Assembly: GCF_021028975.2 (NCBI RefSeq)
Contig: NC_059440.1
Coordinates: 29,760,001-29,824,000, forward strand
Reading direction: 5' to 3'
Length of the DNA stretch: 64,000 nucleotides
Source: Sphaerodactylus townsendi
Taxonomy: Eukaryota
The notes below the pieces were generated by a model, which had not been told where the DNA came from, searched no databases, and saw only the letters and a program-made list of their open reading frames with translations. Below are positions 12,390 to 25,100 of the stretch, piece by piece; position 1 is the stretch's first letter; each line of letters begins with the position of its first letter. Position numbers and translations under genes: made by a program.

Positions 12390-13500
12390 TCTCGCCGAGC
12401 TGGAGCTGCCGAATAGCAGATGGCTGCGGCCACCGGAGAGCACCCCCTCGCTCCGTCCGTGGCCGAGCCAGGCGGCGGGGGAGGCGCGGGGGGGGGCTGC
12501 CGGGCCCCGCCCCTTCCTGTGGAATTTCCCCGCGGGGACGGGAGCCATAAAAGCGGCGGCGAGCGGAGCGGCCAGACCCGCGGAGGCAGCAGCAGCAGCA
12601 GCAGCCATCGGCAGACCGAGCGGCAGCGGCGTGGCCCGGTGAGCGCCTACCTGCCTGCCTGGCGGACCGTATTGATGCCGCGTGACGCGCCACAGCGGGG
12701 AGCGCCCGGCGGCCAGGGAAGAGTCCGGGGAGCAGCCAGAAGGAAGGCGCTGCGGCCCGGCACCTCGGGCGCCCTCTTCAGCGGGAGCCTCGGAGCGCCC
12801 GTCGCCTCGCGGCCATGGTGCTGGCCCAGGGCAGCCCTCCCGGTGAGCGGGCCGCCCCACGAGCCTCCCCGCCTGGCCGCAGTCTACCCCGCCCCGCCCC
12901 GCCGGCGTCCGTGGCCCGGGCACGGATGTGACAGGAGGGACATCCTCTCGCCGCCAGGCACACCCGCTCTTCCCAAGGGCGGCCGGCTGGAGGCTAAATG
13001 GACCTTGGCGGGGCGCAAGAGAGGTGGGGACGCATACTCCGGAGCCCGCGGCACCCACCCTGCCTGGGCACAGGGCCCCGGGGGTTGGCTGGGGGCGTCC
13101 GGGTGGGCTGCCTGCAGTGGCTGGAGGGGAAAGGGCGGCGCTGCGGGCGGAGCTGGCCGGGCTGGCGTCTGGCAGGTCGCGGCTCTTGTTGCCGGCTCTG
13201 TCCTGGGCCGGGGGCGCCCCCCGCCCCACCCCGCGGCCTCCTGGCCAGGACGACGACGGGCAGCAGCGGCGGCCGGCAACTTGGCAAACCTCCCTCCTCG
13301 CCACAGCCGGCGGCAAGCCCTGCGCCAAGGGGAGGGGGCGCGGCTGGGTAGCGGCGCGCAGCTGACCTCTCCTCCTCCTCCTCCCCCGCAGCGGCGACAC
13401 GAGAGGAGCCGGCGGCTTTCCCGTTTCAGCCGTGCCAAGATGTGGATGGTGCTGGTGAGTCCGGGGACTGGGAGGCCCTCACCCGCTGCGGCGGACAAAA
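12390..13500 (+). promoter_or_regulatory. CpG-island promoter with GC box, NF-kB-like site, TATA-like box and putative first exons
   Basis: Dense CpG; GGAATTTCCC at 12521-12530; CATAAAAG at ~12547-12553; donor CCG|GTGAGC after 12638; exon 13392-13454 with branch point, pyrimidine tract, gccaagATG (13440) and donor GTGAGT. Confidence 0.7.
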
Positions 13501-14486
13501 GTCCTCCCCCCCGCCCCACACTTTTCCACCTGAGGGAGAACCAGAGAGGAAGGGAACACCTCCCCCCGCCCCCCCCCCCCACACACGGGGACCCAAAGCA
13601 GAGAAGCGCCGGGCAGGTCTGCAGCCCTTTCCCAGAGGAGCTGAGCCGGGGTGCCCGACGTGCCCCTGGGTGAATGCAGCCCAGAGGTCCCCTGGGTGGG
13701 TGGGAGCCAGGAGAAGCAGATCTGCAGGCCTCCCAAGAAGAGGGGGGGGGGGCAGAAGCAGGCAGCTGCCTTGGAGGAACTGGTCTGCTCTTACCCTTTA
13801 ATGAGATCCTGTGGGGCTTAGCTTGATGCCCCCCCCCCTCCTCTTGACCTCAATCCTTCCTGCTTCCTGCTCTCTCGCTTTTTATCTCTTGGGGCCTCAT
13901 CACCCCCGTGGCTCCTCTCCCATTTGATGCTCAGCCTCCAAGGCCAGATCCTGGCCTCCTTTTCCTTGGAGGGGAAACGACAGTTTGCTGATTGAAGCAT
14001 TCCCCCCTCCCCCGCACAAATGCTGAGGGGCTGCAGACCCTGCTCCGTCCCACCTGCCCTTTGCGGCCAGAGACCAGCCTGGCCGGGGGCTGCCTTTGCA
14101 AACACAGCTGCTGCTGCTGCAGATGTCCAGAGGCAGGGTGGCGCTGAGACGGCTGCCTGGGGTGGCACCCAAGGGCAGCTGCCTAGGAGCGCAGGGTGCA
14201 GGCAGACTCTCAGGGGCACCCAAAGGGCCCTGCCTGGATTCCCCCCAGGGGTCTCCCCACTTCCGAGTTTTCTGTGTGCAGGCCCGTCGGCTTTGCTTTG
14301 TCAGCCAGGAACTCCAAGACCCACTTTTGGAGATGAAGTTTCCAGCCAATTCTGTTTGGAGCTGCCTGTGGGGGCAGGAGGGTGAGAGCCCCCCCCCCCT
14401 CCCGAGGTTCCTGTGGCCACCTTCCTCTCTGGTTCCCTGCTGCCTCTCCAAGGTTTTCCATGGAGCTCTTCGGCCCTGGCCCTGGC

Positions 14487-14517
<31 letters not shown>

Positions 14518-17500
14518 CCCTGAGCATTCACCCTCCAAAATGGTCTTGAAAGCTGATCTTTCCCCTGCAAATGGTCTGTGAGGCCCCTCCCTCTCCCCCC
14601 TCCCACCAGGCTCCACCACAGGCTGTGTGTGAGTCTTGCCCTAAATGGGAAAGGGGGGAGCCCCCTTTCCAAATGGTGCTGCCAGGGGGTTGGATTCCTG
14701 GGGCGGCAGGCAGTCCACAGTGGGACTGCTTTGGGTGTTTCTGATCACTGCACTGGAGCCCCCCTGACCCACCAATGGGTGCCTCTGGCCGTCAGGCCCC
14801 TATGGGGGCTTCCCCTTCCCTTCTTCCTTAGGGTTCAAAGCAAATACAGCAGAGTCCCCGTTGGGGGGCAGCCCGTTATTAACATTGACACGAACTGCCG
14901 GCAAAGCTGCTCACCAATGTGTGTCACGGGCAGCTGACGTGGAGCCACAGGGGCCACGCTTATCATGCCTGCAGCCTGCAAGTGGCAGAGGTTTGCCCAG
15001 CAGAAAAGCTTGCCCCCCAGCCTGCCAAGGCCTGCCCTCAGAGGGACCTGGTTCCAGAGCCCTTGGTCCTGCTACTGGCCCAGGGATGCTGGCCTGGCAT
15101 GCAGTGAGTGTGAGGTCAGGGGTGTGTGTGTGTGTGTGTGTGTGACGTGTGGCACTTGGAAGGGTGCCCAGAGAGCTGTGATCAGCCAGCCCCTGTTGTG
15201 TAATCCTGGCTCCGCCCCACTCCAGCATCCAAGAAGGGCGGCTCTGCTGTGCATTTGCTGCAGCCTGTGAGCAGCCTTCAGCTGGAGGCCTACAGAGGCA
15301 GCACAAAGAGAGGCAGGAGGGCAAAGTCTCAAGAGCAAAACCCCGGCAAACCTTGGAGGGATCTCTTTGCAGTTTAAACAAAGGCCTCTGGACTGCTCAG
15401 CCAGGCTTGGACCGAGGCTGCCGGGCCACGGAGGGGCTGCAGCTGGTGGGTGGTCTGGAACAGTTCTGTAGAGCTGTCTCCCCACCCCATCCTCCAGGTC
15501 TTCCTTGCTTTGCTTTCTGAAGCTTAACTGACAAAGGGAGGCTCCACTCTTGGAGGATTGGGCCCCAAATAACTTGCTGGTCTCTAAGGTGCTCCAGGAC
15601 TCAGGCCTGGCTTCTCTGCACGAGAGACTCCGATGCTGCGCTGCCTGCATGCATGGAAGGGCCTGACACACCAAATGCCAGCGGGGGTGGGGTGGAGTCT
15701 GCGTCTAACACGCTTTTGCCAGCATGGCTGGAGGACAGCACCCTTCGGCAGCATCTGCACACGCGAGCGGCCCTGATTCTGGCACCGCCTCCTCCTGTGC
15801 TGGGAACCTGCATCAGTTTCAGTAGCCAGGCTGTTTCCTGGGGCTTCGTGCGGCATGCGGTGGGGGAGTCCCCTCCGAACTGTGGAACCTTTCCCTCCCC
15901 ATTTGCTCTTCCTCTTTCCGATGGACAGTGGGGCAGTCCATTGTGGCTGATATGGGGGAGGATGGTGAAGGAGAGCCTGGTGGTGCGCAGGAAGGGCAGA
16001 GCACGAATCTCTCCTCCGGAGGGGCAGGCCCTGGTGCTGATCCAGGGACCAGGATGCTGGGAGCAGGGAGGGGCTGGGCCCTTCAGCCCTGAAAGGTGTA
16101 TGTGGCGCAAAGCAGATGCAAGGACTGTTACCTGAGCTGGGCTGGTGTCCCCGGAGAGATGCCCAGACCAGACTGGCACTGTCCCCCCCTCCTGCCCTAA
16201 ACTCTGCGCATGCCCAGGAGAGATTCTGGAAAGCCTTCTCAAGCCTACTGCTGGCTTTCACCCCCCACCTTTCCCTCCCTCCTCCCTGCACCAGAGCCTG
16301 CCTGTTGCTTCTCTTCCTGCTCCAGATCCTCCTGAACTGGGGTCTCGCCAGCCCCTCCTGCCTTCCTGCTATCCTGACAGCAAGGGCAGGTCTTTCCTTT
16401 CCGCCCAAAAGGACCACACTCCTTGGTGGCCAAAGTACAATCGGGATGTTGTTGTTGTTGTTTGTTGTTGGGGTGTGTGTGTATTGAAGGGGGGTAATGG
16501 CGATGGTAAGCGCCCATGTCAATACTTTAGGTTGAAAGACTGAAGGTTTTGTTTTGCACAGTGAGGGCTTTGTCGCGTACATACTCCTGATCTATGATTA
16601 TTTGATGGAGCATTTCAAAGCACTTTCGTTATTAGTCTGATTAGAGGCTCATGCCCAGGCGTACCTGAAGAGCCAAGCGAAAAAACGCTTTAAAATTAAA
16701 AACACGAGCGAAGGCGGAGCTTTGGACTGTCATGGGGGTTTGAACCGAAGAACCTTACCCTCGTCCTTGGATGCGAGCTTATGTTTGTGGACCCACGAGA
16801 GACCAGTGGAAGCGCATGGACCGTGTGTGTGCGTTCGAATTAGGATTGGGGAGGGAGTGATGTGATAGAATAAGTTTAATATGGGCCCCTGCTCCCAGTC
16901 ACAAGATGCGCCAGGGCTGCGACCCTTGGATTCCTCAAAGCCTTGTCCACTCCCAGGTTTGTGACTGGAATCCCAGGCAAGTAATTTGGCACAGAGGAAG
17001 AGCTGGGGAGTGGGTCTGGACCAGGGCTATGCAGCGCTCTCCTGATCCATGCCAACCCCGCCCCCCCTGCTGCTTTTCAGGGGCCTTTGGGTGCCTGGGT
17101 AGTGATTTCCAGGGGAGTGGGGAGCCTACCTCCCCCATCAGTTATTGCTCCCCTCCCTGGTCACAGCTGTTCTTCTAGTTCATAGGTGTCAAACTCACAG
17201 CCCTCCAGATGTTGTGGACTACAGTTCCCATCCAATGTGCTGGCAGGGGACAATGGGAACTGTAGTCCATAGTCAGTTCCCACACAAAGAGATATTAATG
17301 GCTCCCCTTCACTTCCCTGTTGTCGGGGGGCCCCCTTCCCTGATAGTGCAGGGCATTCCAGGAGAATGGGGCTCTAAACATAGTGCCTGAACAGTCACTT
17401 TCAAGCGGTGAAAAAGATGGGGGCCCCCACTGCTCTCAATGCCCCCCCCCCCCGCCCCGGGGCTGCCTGTCAAGATGAGCAGCATGCAAACCCTCCCTGA

Positions 17501-20500
17501 GTGCAACGAGGCAGCCGGTGACTTCTGGGCTCCCCACAGGGCTCCTCCAGCCTCGTGAGGGGGAAGAGGCTGAGCAGGGCCTCTGGCAGTCGGCAGGCGT
17601 TGGCTGTTCTGGGCAGGCCCAAGATGCCTTCCTGGCCTCCGGGGCCCAGGAATGCTGGGAGGGGAGCAGCCTCTGCAGTGGTGTCTTCTCAAAGCAGAAG
17701 GATGCCAAAGGGTCCCTCCAGAAGAATGGGAAGGCCCTGGGGGGGGTGTGTGTGTGTGTGTGCAGATGTTTGTGCCTGAGTGTGTGCTTCAGCATCACTG
17801 TGTCATGGACTGCAGCCCTGGCTGTGTGGTGCGTGCTGCCTGGATTCAGGCCTGCCTTAAATACTGTTTGTTGCTGATATGTTTCTGTTTCTGTTTCTGC
17901 TAATGAGAATTCACCTGGGAGAGACTTGCCATGCCTGGCTCTAGCCTGGATTTCCCTTGGAACAGAATTAATGCCTGGGTCTGCTTCTGAGTCGTCCAGG
18001 ACTACGTGCAAGGGTAGTCCTAGTGTATTTCTGCAGAGAACAAAGGAGGGGGATTCCCCCATCTAGATTTAGAGTAACTCTCAAGTCCCAGCAAATAATG
18101 GGGGACTCAACACAGAAGAACACATAAATATTTCATTCGGCGTATTGTCGTCCCCGCCAGGTTCATGTTTTCTTTAATGGAAGTGCAGGTGCAGATCCTG
18201 GCACGAGCTGTCCCCTTCCCCAGGCTTCCATTCCATGGTGCCCGTCCCAAGCACCTTTGGGCCAGCTGGGCAACGCTCCCTGCTCTCCCTGGGAGCAAAT
18301 GTTCCTGGAGAAAAGTTTGGAAGCTGAGTGGAGGTGGGCAGGGGGGGGGGTCATCTGGCCGCTGAGAAACTCTGTAGAAAGCCTTGCCCAGAACGGTGCT
18401 TGCTGGGCATATTTATGCAAGATGCTATCTCAGCTGCTTCCTTCCGAGGCAGATATTAGTAGTAATTGAGGCCTCAGGATGCCTGGCACCCAGGGAACAG
18501 AAGGTCCCTTCCAAGGGTCCCTGTCTGGGATTTCTTCTCCAAAGGGACTACGGTAACACTAAAAGAGAATTAGGGGTGCAGCAATCGCCATTGAATATGT
18601 GGAGGGGTACACGTAACCTTAGCCTGACCTACCTCACAGGGTTATTGTGAGGATGCCCCACATCTGCAGGCCTGAGCTCCTAACAATTGGGCCAGGAAAA
18701 ATGTATCTGATAGGTAGGATTCTAGTGGATTCCCAGGGGTCCCACCTGGGCATTCCCTGCTCAAAAGGCCGCAGTGGAGGTCAGGCTGTGCAATTCAGTC
18801 CTCGGTGGACAGAGGTGATCTCAGAGGCTGCCAGAAGCAGGAGGCAGCCGGTGGGTACAGATCCAGACATAATAAATTGCACCCAATAGCTTACAATTCT
18901 CTGTCCAAAACTATGCCTATCTAATTCCCTCAGTGCAGAGAAAAGGCTGCCAGTCGCAACCTGCCAACCAGAGCGGTCTCTGTAAGAGCGATGCCACTGT
19001 CCACCTGCCCCCTTTCTCACTGTGGGCAGAACAGCGAAATACACCTGCCTGTGACCAAACAAAGGGAGGAGGGAGAATCTGCAGAATCACTGTTGTTGTC
19101 TTTTCTGCTGGGCAGCCAAGAGTCCTGCGGCATGCACAAGGAGAAATGCCCCGAACTTGGTTTGTGCATCTGTCCCATGGGGCTTCTAGAACATGTAGCC
19201 AAAGGCTGCTGAAAGAATTTGAGGACGGGAAACCCAACGAGCATCACCCTCTCTGCTCCAAAGAGCTGGATTTTAAAGGGGCGTCAATACAAGGCAGTGC
19301 AGGGAGGAAGTGTGAGCCAGGAGAAGCAGCTGACACGGGGGCCTGCAGTGAGTAGAGCCACGGCTTCCCTCCTGCCTTTGGAGGACCCCTCAGGGACCCG
19401 ATAGTCCGTTTGCACTCTCGAGGGTCTGTAAGGGATTCCCAAACTTGCCTCTGCTAATAAACCAGAAGCCCCTAGACCCGTGGTGGCGAACCATTGGCAC
19501 TCAGAATGTTATGGACTACAATTCCCATCAGCCCCTGCCGGCTTTGGCCAATTGGTCCCTGCTGGCAGGGGCTGATAAGAATCAAGAGTGCTGGTGTCCT
19601 GGAACCATAGGTGTCAAACTCGCGGCCCTCCAGGTGTGTTGCTTGGACTTTACGGTTCCGCAATCCCCTGCCAGCATCATGCTGGCAGAGTCCATATGAA
19701 CTGTGAATCCATGAGTTTGTACCTGTGCCCTAGACCCATCATGCATACAGCATCACAGCAGTGAATCTTCCCCAAATCCTCTGCAGTATCAACAGTTGAT
19801 TTCCTGTTGCTTCCTTGCAAGCTTGTCTAACCTTCCTTTCAGAGGCATTAGTTGTGAAAGAGTTCCTTCTGGAAATGAAGTGAGGGGAGGGAACGTCATG
19901 GGCATTTTTCCCACTGCGGCTCAAGGAAGCTCAGAGCCTTTTGTTTGCTCTGTAAGCACTTAAAAAGCACTCCACGTGAATGGCCGCTAAGTCCAAAGAG
20001 CACACCACGCCACAGATTCCTTTGCTTTACACCTCTGGGCAAGACTTCCACCTCCTCCAGAGCAGAAAGGCCAGCCGGCTAAGAGGCCTTTGGTTCCTCT
20101 AAGTGACAGTCACTTAAGAACGATCCACTTTGGCGGGCCGCGCACCACATGCTGGGTTTTACCCGCTGAAATTCTTTGCTCTCCCTTTTGGCTGTGAGCG
20201 TCGGCACATTCTCAGCCCCGGAGGCCAATGTTCTGCGAGGTCTGGCATCTGTTCTAAGAGTTGGAAGAAGGCCTGGTTTCTAGAGAAATGGGGGCCAGAA
20301 AAGACGTCTGTGCATATCACACGTGCCCAAGCTACTCACAATGCAAGGCCCACTTGGTCATTGTGTTTTTGTTCAGGGGGAAGGGCACACCTGAAATGCG
20401 TCTGTTGGGATGGGGGCTCGGGGTGAGCCTGGGTGGGGGGAGGGGAGGGGAGGGGAGAGGGTTGCTGAACAGGTGGGTCGCTGGGGAGGGGGGAGTTTGG

Positions 20501-20606
20501 AAACGCCAGGTTCTCACTGCTGGATTGTGGATGTTTGGCTCTGACTGCTGTTTTCTTTCAGATGAAGAATGCCATGAACCTCCCTGGCTTTGGAAACCCA
20601 TCAAGG
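13440..20606 (+). CDS. TMEM269: Putative N-terminal coding exons of TMEM269 (13440-13454, 16295-16385, 20562-20606)
   Basis: Good acceptors and frame-compatible with the exon at 22187 (MWMVL-SLPVAS...DSK-DEECHEPPWLWKPIK-GIFQY), but the model needs two GC donors (CAAGG|GCAGG). The 20562 exon is the best supported. Confidence 0.35.
17181..17271. mobile_element. Degenerate hAT MITE remnant
   Basis: cataggtgtcaaactc...ggactacagttcccat / atgggaactgtagtcc internal palindrome, same type as 5755-5902. Confidence 0.6.
19477..19730. mobile_element. Two adjacent degenerate hAT MITE remnants
   Basis: ggactacaattcccatcagcccctgcc...gcaggggctgat and cataggtgtcaaactcgcggccctccag motifs. Confidence 0.55.
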
Positions 20607-21248
20607 GCAGGGTGCAAAACACACTAGTAGGATATGTCCCTTCACACTTTCTCTAAAGAGTAGCCCTTTCTTGGGGGAGATAAAATGTTTAGCATTAAGG
20701 AGTGGGGTTGTTATTCTTTTCTCGATTGTGGCGGGGGATGTTTCGTTTCCAAGTGACCGTATATCGGATGGTAATGGGAAGAGAAGGGTGTACGGGGGTG
20801 GGGGTGGAATATAGCAGGAACATGGATAAGAGCTACCTTTGAAGAGCAGATTCGTGCATGTACCTGTAGCGAGAGATTTCAGTGTGGGCTAAACGAAAGC
20901 CGCGCGGGAAGGCAGAACTGAGCGTATCCGCCAACTGCCTCTGCTGCCCTCAGCTTCCGTTGTGTTGCTGCCGTGTTTTCTGCTGAGCTCAGCACCATGA
21001 GCGGGGTGGGTGGGTGGGCTGTGTAATGCCAGCTTCATGCTGAAGCTGTCCCGGAGACAGCCCACCTCCTGTGGCTGGCGGTTCTCCAGAAGGCCAGCTC
21101 TTCCGGGAAAGGCTGTTAGGTGGCCAGAGGCGAGCCGAGGAGAGCATTTTACTGGTACGGCTCAGCAAATGGGTGTGGTGGTGGTGGTGGTGGTGGTGGT
21201 GGTGGGTGGGTGGGGCGAATGAACATCTGACACTGTGTTATACTAGAC

Positions 21249-21535
21249 CAGGGGTAGGGAACCTGCGGCTCAAGAGCCTCATGCGGCTCTTCTGCCCTTA
21301 CATTGCGGCTCCATGAGCCGAGCCGCTGGCCCCATCCTTGCCCGCCCTGCGGGCAGCAGGGCAGATGCATCCATGCGCTTCTCAGAATGAGCGGAGTAAA
21401 AGGTAAAAAAACCCAATATATACAGTGTTATCTTTATTTTAAATGTCAAAAATTATTTGCGGCTCCAAGTGTTTTCTTTTCCCATGGAAAACGGGTCCAA
21501 ATGGCTCTTTGAGCGTTAAAGGTTCCCTACCCCTG
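21249..21535. mobile_element. hAT non-autonomous DNA transposon (MITE)
   Basis: Perfect 16-bp TIRs CAGGGGTAGGGAACCT / AGGTTCCCTACCCCTG and perfect 8-bp TSD TACTAGAC (21241-21248, 21536-21543). Confidence 0.92.
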
Positions 21536-22186
21536 TACTAGACTGTTGAGGTTCATCAGGGAGGTTCAGTCGGCTCAGACTGGCAGCAGCTTCCCAGGGC
21601 CCCAGGGAGAGGGGTCTTCTGTGTCACCTGATCCCTGGGGGTGTTGGGGCCTGAACCTGAGTTCTCCTGCGTGCCAAGCGGACAGAGCCCCTGTCTGTGA
21701 TGCCCTCGTGCCACACAAGACTCTCAGCCTCAGGTTGTTGGGTTGTTGTTGTTTTTTTTACCAAAAGGAGAACTAATGACACGTGCAGCCTTCCTGGAGG
21801 GGCAGCCACGGCGGCCACGAAATCATGCCCCAGTGGCTATCAGGGCCAGCAGCCCCTCCACACACTCCTCTTCCTTGGCCAAACCAAAAGCCAGACACCA
21901 GAAGGCTAAGGAGGGAGCAGTCACTCTCGAGGAAGGCCAGCTGATCAGGCGGTCGGCTCTAGCCACTTAGACCTTCTTTTAATCAGCGCCCCTTTCTTCT
22001 GGGGCTGGCCGAGGCTCTCTTCTCGTGCGCCACCTACCTAGCCTGCTTTTTCCAAGCACCCCTTTGAGGAGAGACCTTGCTGGTCCCAGGTCTGCCTGAA
22101 TGACTTCTTCCTGAATGACTTCTGCTCGGCGAGGAAGGTGGTGTCCGTGGACTGCCCTGTCTGACTTCTCTTCTGCTGGTCTCCAG

Positions 22187-25100
22187 GTATATTTCAGTAC
22201 ATCAAGAAGCTCTTCCTGACTGAGCAAGCGGGCCGGGCTCAGGTGGTGGACTTCCTGCGTAAGAATGTGGCTAATTCCATCTCCATGGCGAACCTTGTCA
22301 CGGGCCTCTTCTCCATCTTGTGCACCCTCAACGGGTACGTGGACCCGTGTGACCCAGCCCAAGAGTCATGTACACAGCCCGAGCATTTGTTTGTGTGGTC
22401 CAGTATTAATGAAATAAATGTGCTACGTTCAAAACAATATAAGATACACAAACACGCGTGGCACATAGGCTCCGGCTCAATAATGACGCAATAATATATA
22501 CAAGATTGTGGACATTGTTGGTTTAACAATGACATCATTATGGACCTGAGAGAAGGTTGTCTTGCAATAAATTGTTGCATGAATTGGATTTAAAGTGGAG
22601 ATATATGTGTTATGCAGATATAATAGTTTGATAAGTCTAATAGCCAACAATTTGGCATACTTTACAAGTAACAAATAGGTAATATAAATTTCTTGAGCCG
22701 GCGCCTATGTGCCACGCGTGTTTGTGTATCTTATATTGTGGTCCAGTATTGCCTCCTTGAAGCAGCAATGGCTCTTGGGATCTCAGACACAAAGTGGTGT
22801 GGAGCGGCCAGGGATTGAATGGAGGCCTTCGGCTCTTTCCCGGCAAGCTCCAGGGCCCTCCTCTCACCCAGCCGTGACCTTGGGCTGGAGAGCTGTGGAA
22901 TGCACTGGTTAAAAGCAGCAGACCCTTTCAGCAGATGGACCTCCTGGGCGGGAGAAGATGAGTTGTTTGGTGGTTTTGCAGCCTGGATCATGTTAAGCCT
23001 GAGGAGGTTTTATGCTTCATGGGTGACGTGTCCAAAGAGCCAGCGTGGCATCAGGGTTGCGGTGGACTCTAACCTGTAGGGCCGGGTTTGATTCCTCGCT
23101 CCTCCACACGAGTGGCAGACTCTTGTCTGGTGAACTGAAGCCTGCTGGGTGACCTTGGGCCCATCACAGTTCTCTTTGAACTCTCTCAGCCCCACTGACC
23201 TCACGAGGTGTCTGTAGCAGGGAGAGGAAAGGAAGGAGTTTGTGAGCCTCTTTGAGACTTCTTACAGGAGAGAAAGGCCGGGTATAAATCCAAACTCTTC
23301 TGTTCTCCTTCCTTCTCGGGGCGCACGGGACGCAGACACTCTCTCTGCTGTCTGAGAGGAAGAGAGGTGCGGGCACTGGGACACTCTTTGCCCTGGCGGT
23401 GTCAGGCATGTGCCAGTGTGCGTGGAATGGGGATGGGGCGCAAGAGATTGGCATGGGGCCAGAATCCTCCCCCTGTACGCTGACCGTCTCGCTTGGTGGC
23501 TCAGGGAATGCGGGACCTCAGAGGGTAGCCATGGCAACGCCTGCTCATGCCCTCGCCTCTCCCCCTGCAGGCTGCACCATTCCGCATGCTGGCTGGTGCT
23601 GATCGGGTTCCTGCTGGACCTGGCCGATGGAGCCGTCGCCAGGCAGCTGAACGCCTGCTCCGCCTTGGGTGAGTCCGTCTCCCGGCCCCCCCTCCCCGCC
23701 CCTTCTGTGCTTCAGTGGCCGAGCCTTTGACCCGCTTTGCTTTGCCAGCAAACGAGGCCTCAGTGGGGAGCCTGTCCCGTTCCCAGAGGAGTTTGAAAGT
23801 GAGGCCACAGCCTGTGGCTGCTGTCCCGGCAGTGCGCACAAGGAGCGAGTGGCAGGGGGCAAAACAGGCTTGAAACCCCCTACAGTGACTGAAACTGAAG
23901 TGGTGTAGGAGGTTAAGAGCTCATGCATCTAAACTGGAGGAACTGGGTCTGATTCCCAGCTCTGGCGCCTGTGGAGGCTTATCTGGGGAATTCAGATTAG
24001 CCTGTGCACTCCCACACACGCCAGCTGGGTGGCCTTGGGCTAGTCACAGCTTCTCGGAGCTCTCTCAGCCCCACCCACCTCACAGGGTGTTTGTTGTGAG
24101 GGGGGAAGGGCAAGGAGATTGTCAGCCCCTTTGAGTCTCCTGCAGGAGAGAAAGGGGGGATATAAATCCAAACACTTCTTCTTCTCTTCTTCCCTCTCTG
24201 CTTCTCAAATGGCCAAGGGGGAGTGCCTCTGAGGATGTATTTCGTTTGATGTGCTGGATTCGGGCATCCTGTTTGGGCGGAAAAGTTTGGTCTGAGTCTG
24301 GGAGAGGGGGGCCCCTGGTGGCTGCTGGTGTGCGAGGAATGTGGCCAAAGCATGGCGCTTCGTGGCTGTCCGGGACCCACCAGCTTGCCTCTCTCTCTGA
24401 TCTCCCCCAGGAGCTAAACTGGACGACTTTGCAGACTTCACCACCTTCGGCCTGGCTACGGCCCTGCTCTTGCAGGCCCACGGGATCCTGGACGGGGTGC
24501 TGGCCATCGTGTACGTGCTGGCCGTGTTCACACGCCTGTGCTTCTTCTCCAGTGGTGAGTCCCTGGCTGCTGAGGCCAGCCTAGAGAGCGAGGGGGGCGA
24601 GGCACTGCAGGGAACAGGACGGAGACAAAGGAACAGAATGGCTGCTCCTCTGTCCCCTTTGCCACCCCCCTTTCCTGCCCTTTCCTGCAGGGATCCCCTT
24701 CACGTACCGGGGCCTGCCTTGCCCGTACGGCTCCTCGGTGCTGGCTTCCACCTACCTCCTAACCGGGGGCAACCTCCTGGTGATAAGGATTGTTGCCATG
24801 GTGATGATTCTCTTCATGGTGGATCGGGGCTGCTACCCTCACGACAAAGTCCTGGAGTCCCAGGCTTGGAAGAAGGTGGTGTACGTGGGAGGTGAGTTCC
24901 CATCGGGCCGACGGGGGCGTCTCAGCAGGAATGGGCTTAGTCTACCGGGCAGTCCACGCTGGCAGGTTTGGGATGAGGGGGGGTGGATTCCGTGGCCATT
25001 TAGAGAATAGATCCCTTCTGGCCCAGTGAAAGTCATGAAGCAAACCACGCTTGGCCTTGGTCTGGAAACCTCCAGCAGTGCTCGTTGTTGTCAAGAGCCG

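Noticed and set aside
11931-13673. Long ORFs of 489 aa (-) and 417 aa (+)
   Set aside because: Stop-poor CpG island; low-complexity G/A/P/R peptides with no domain.
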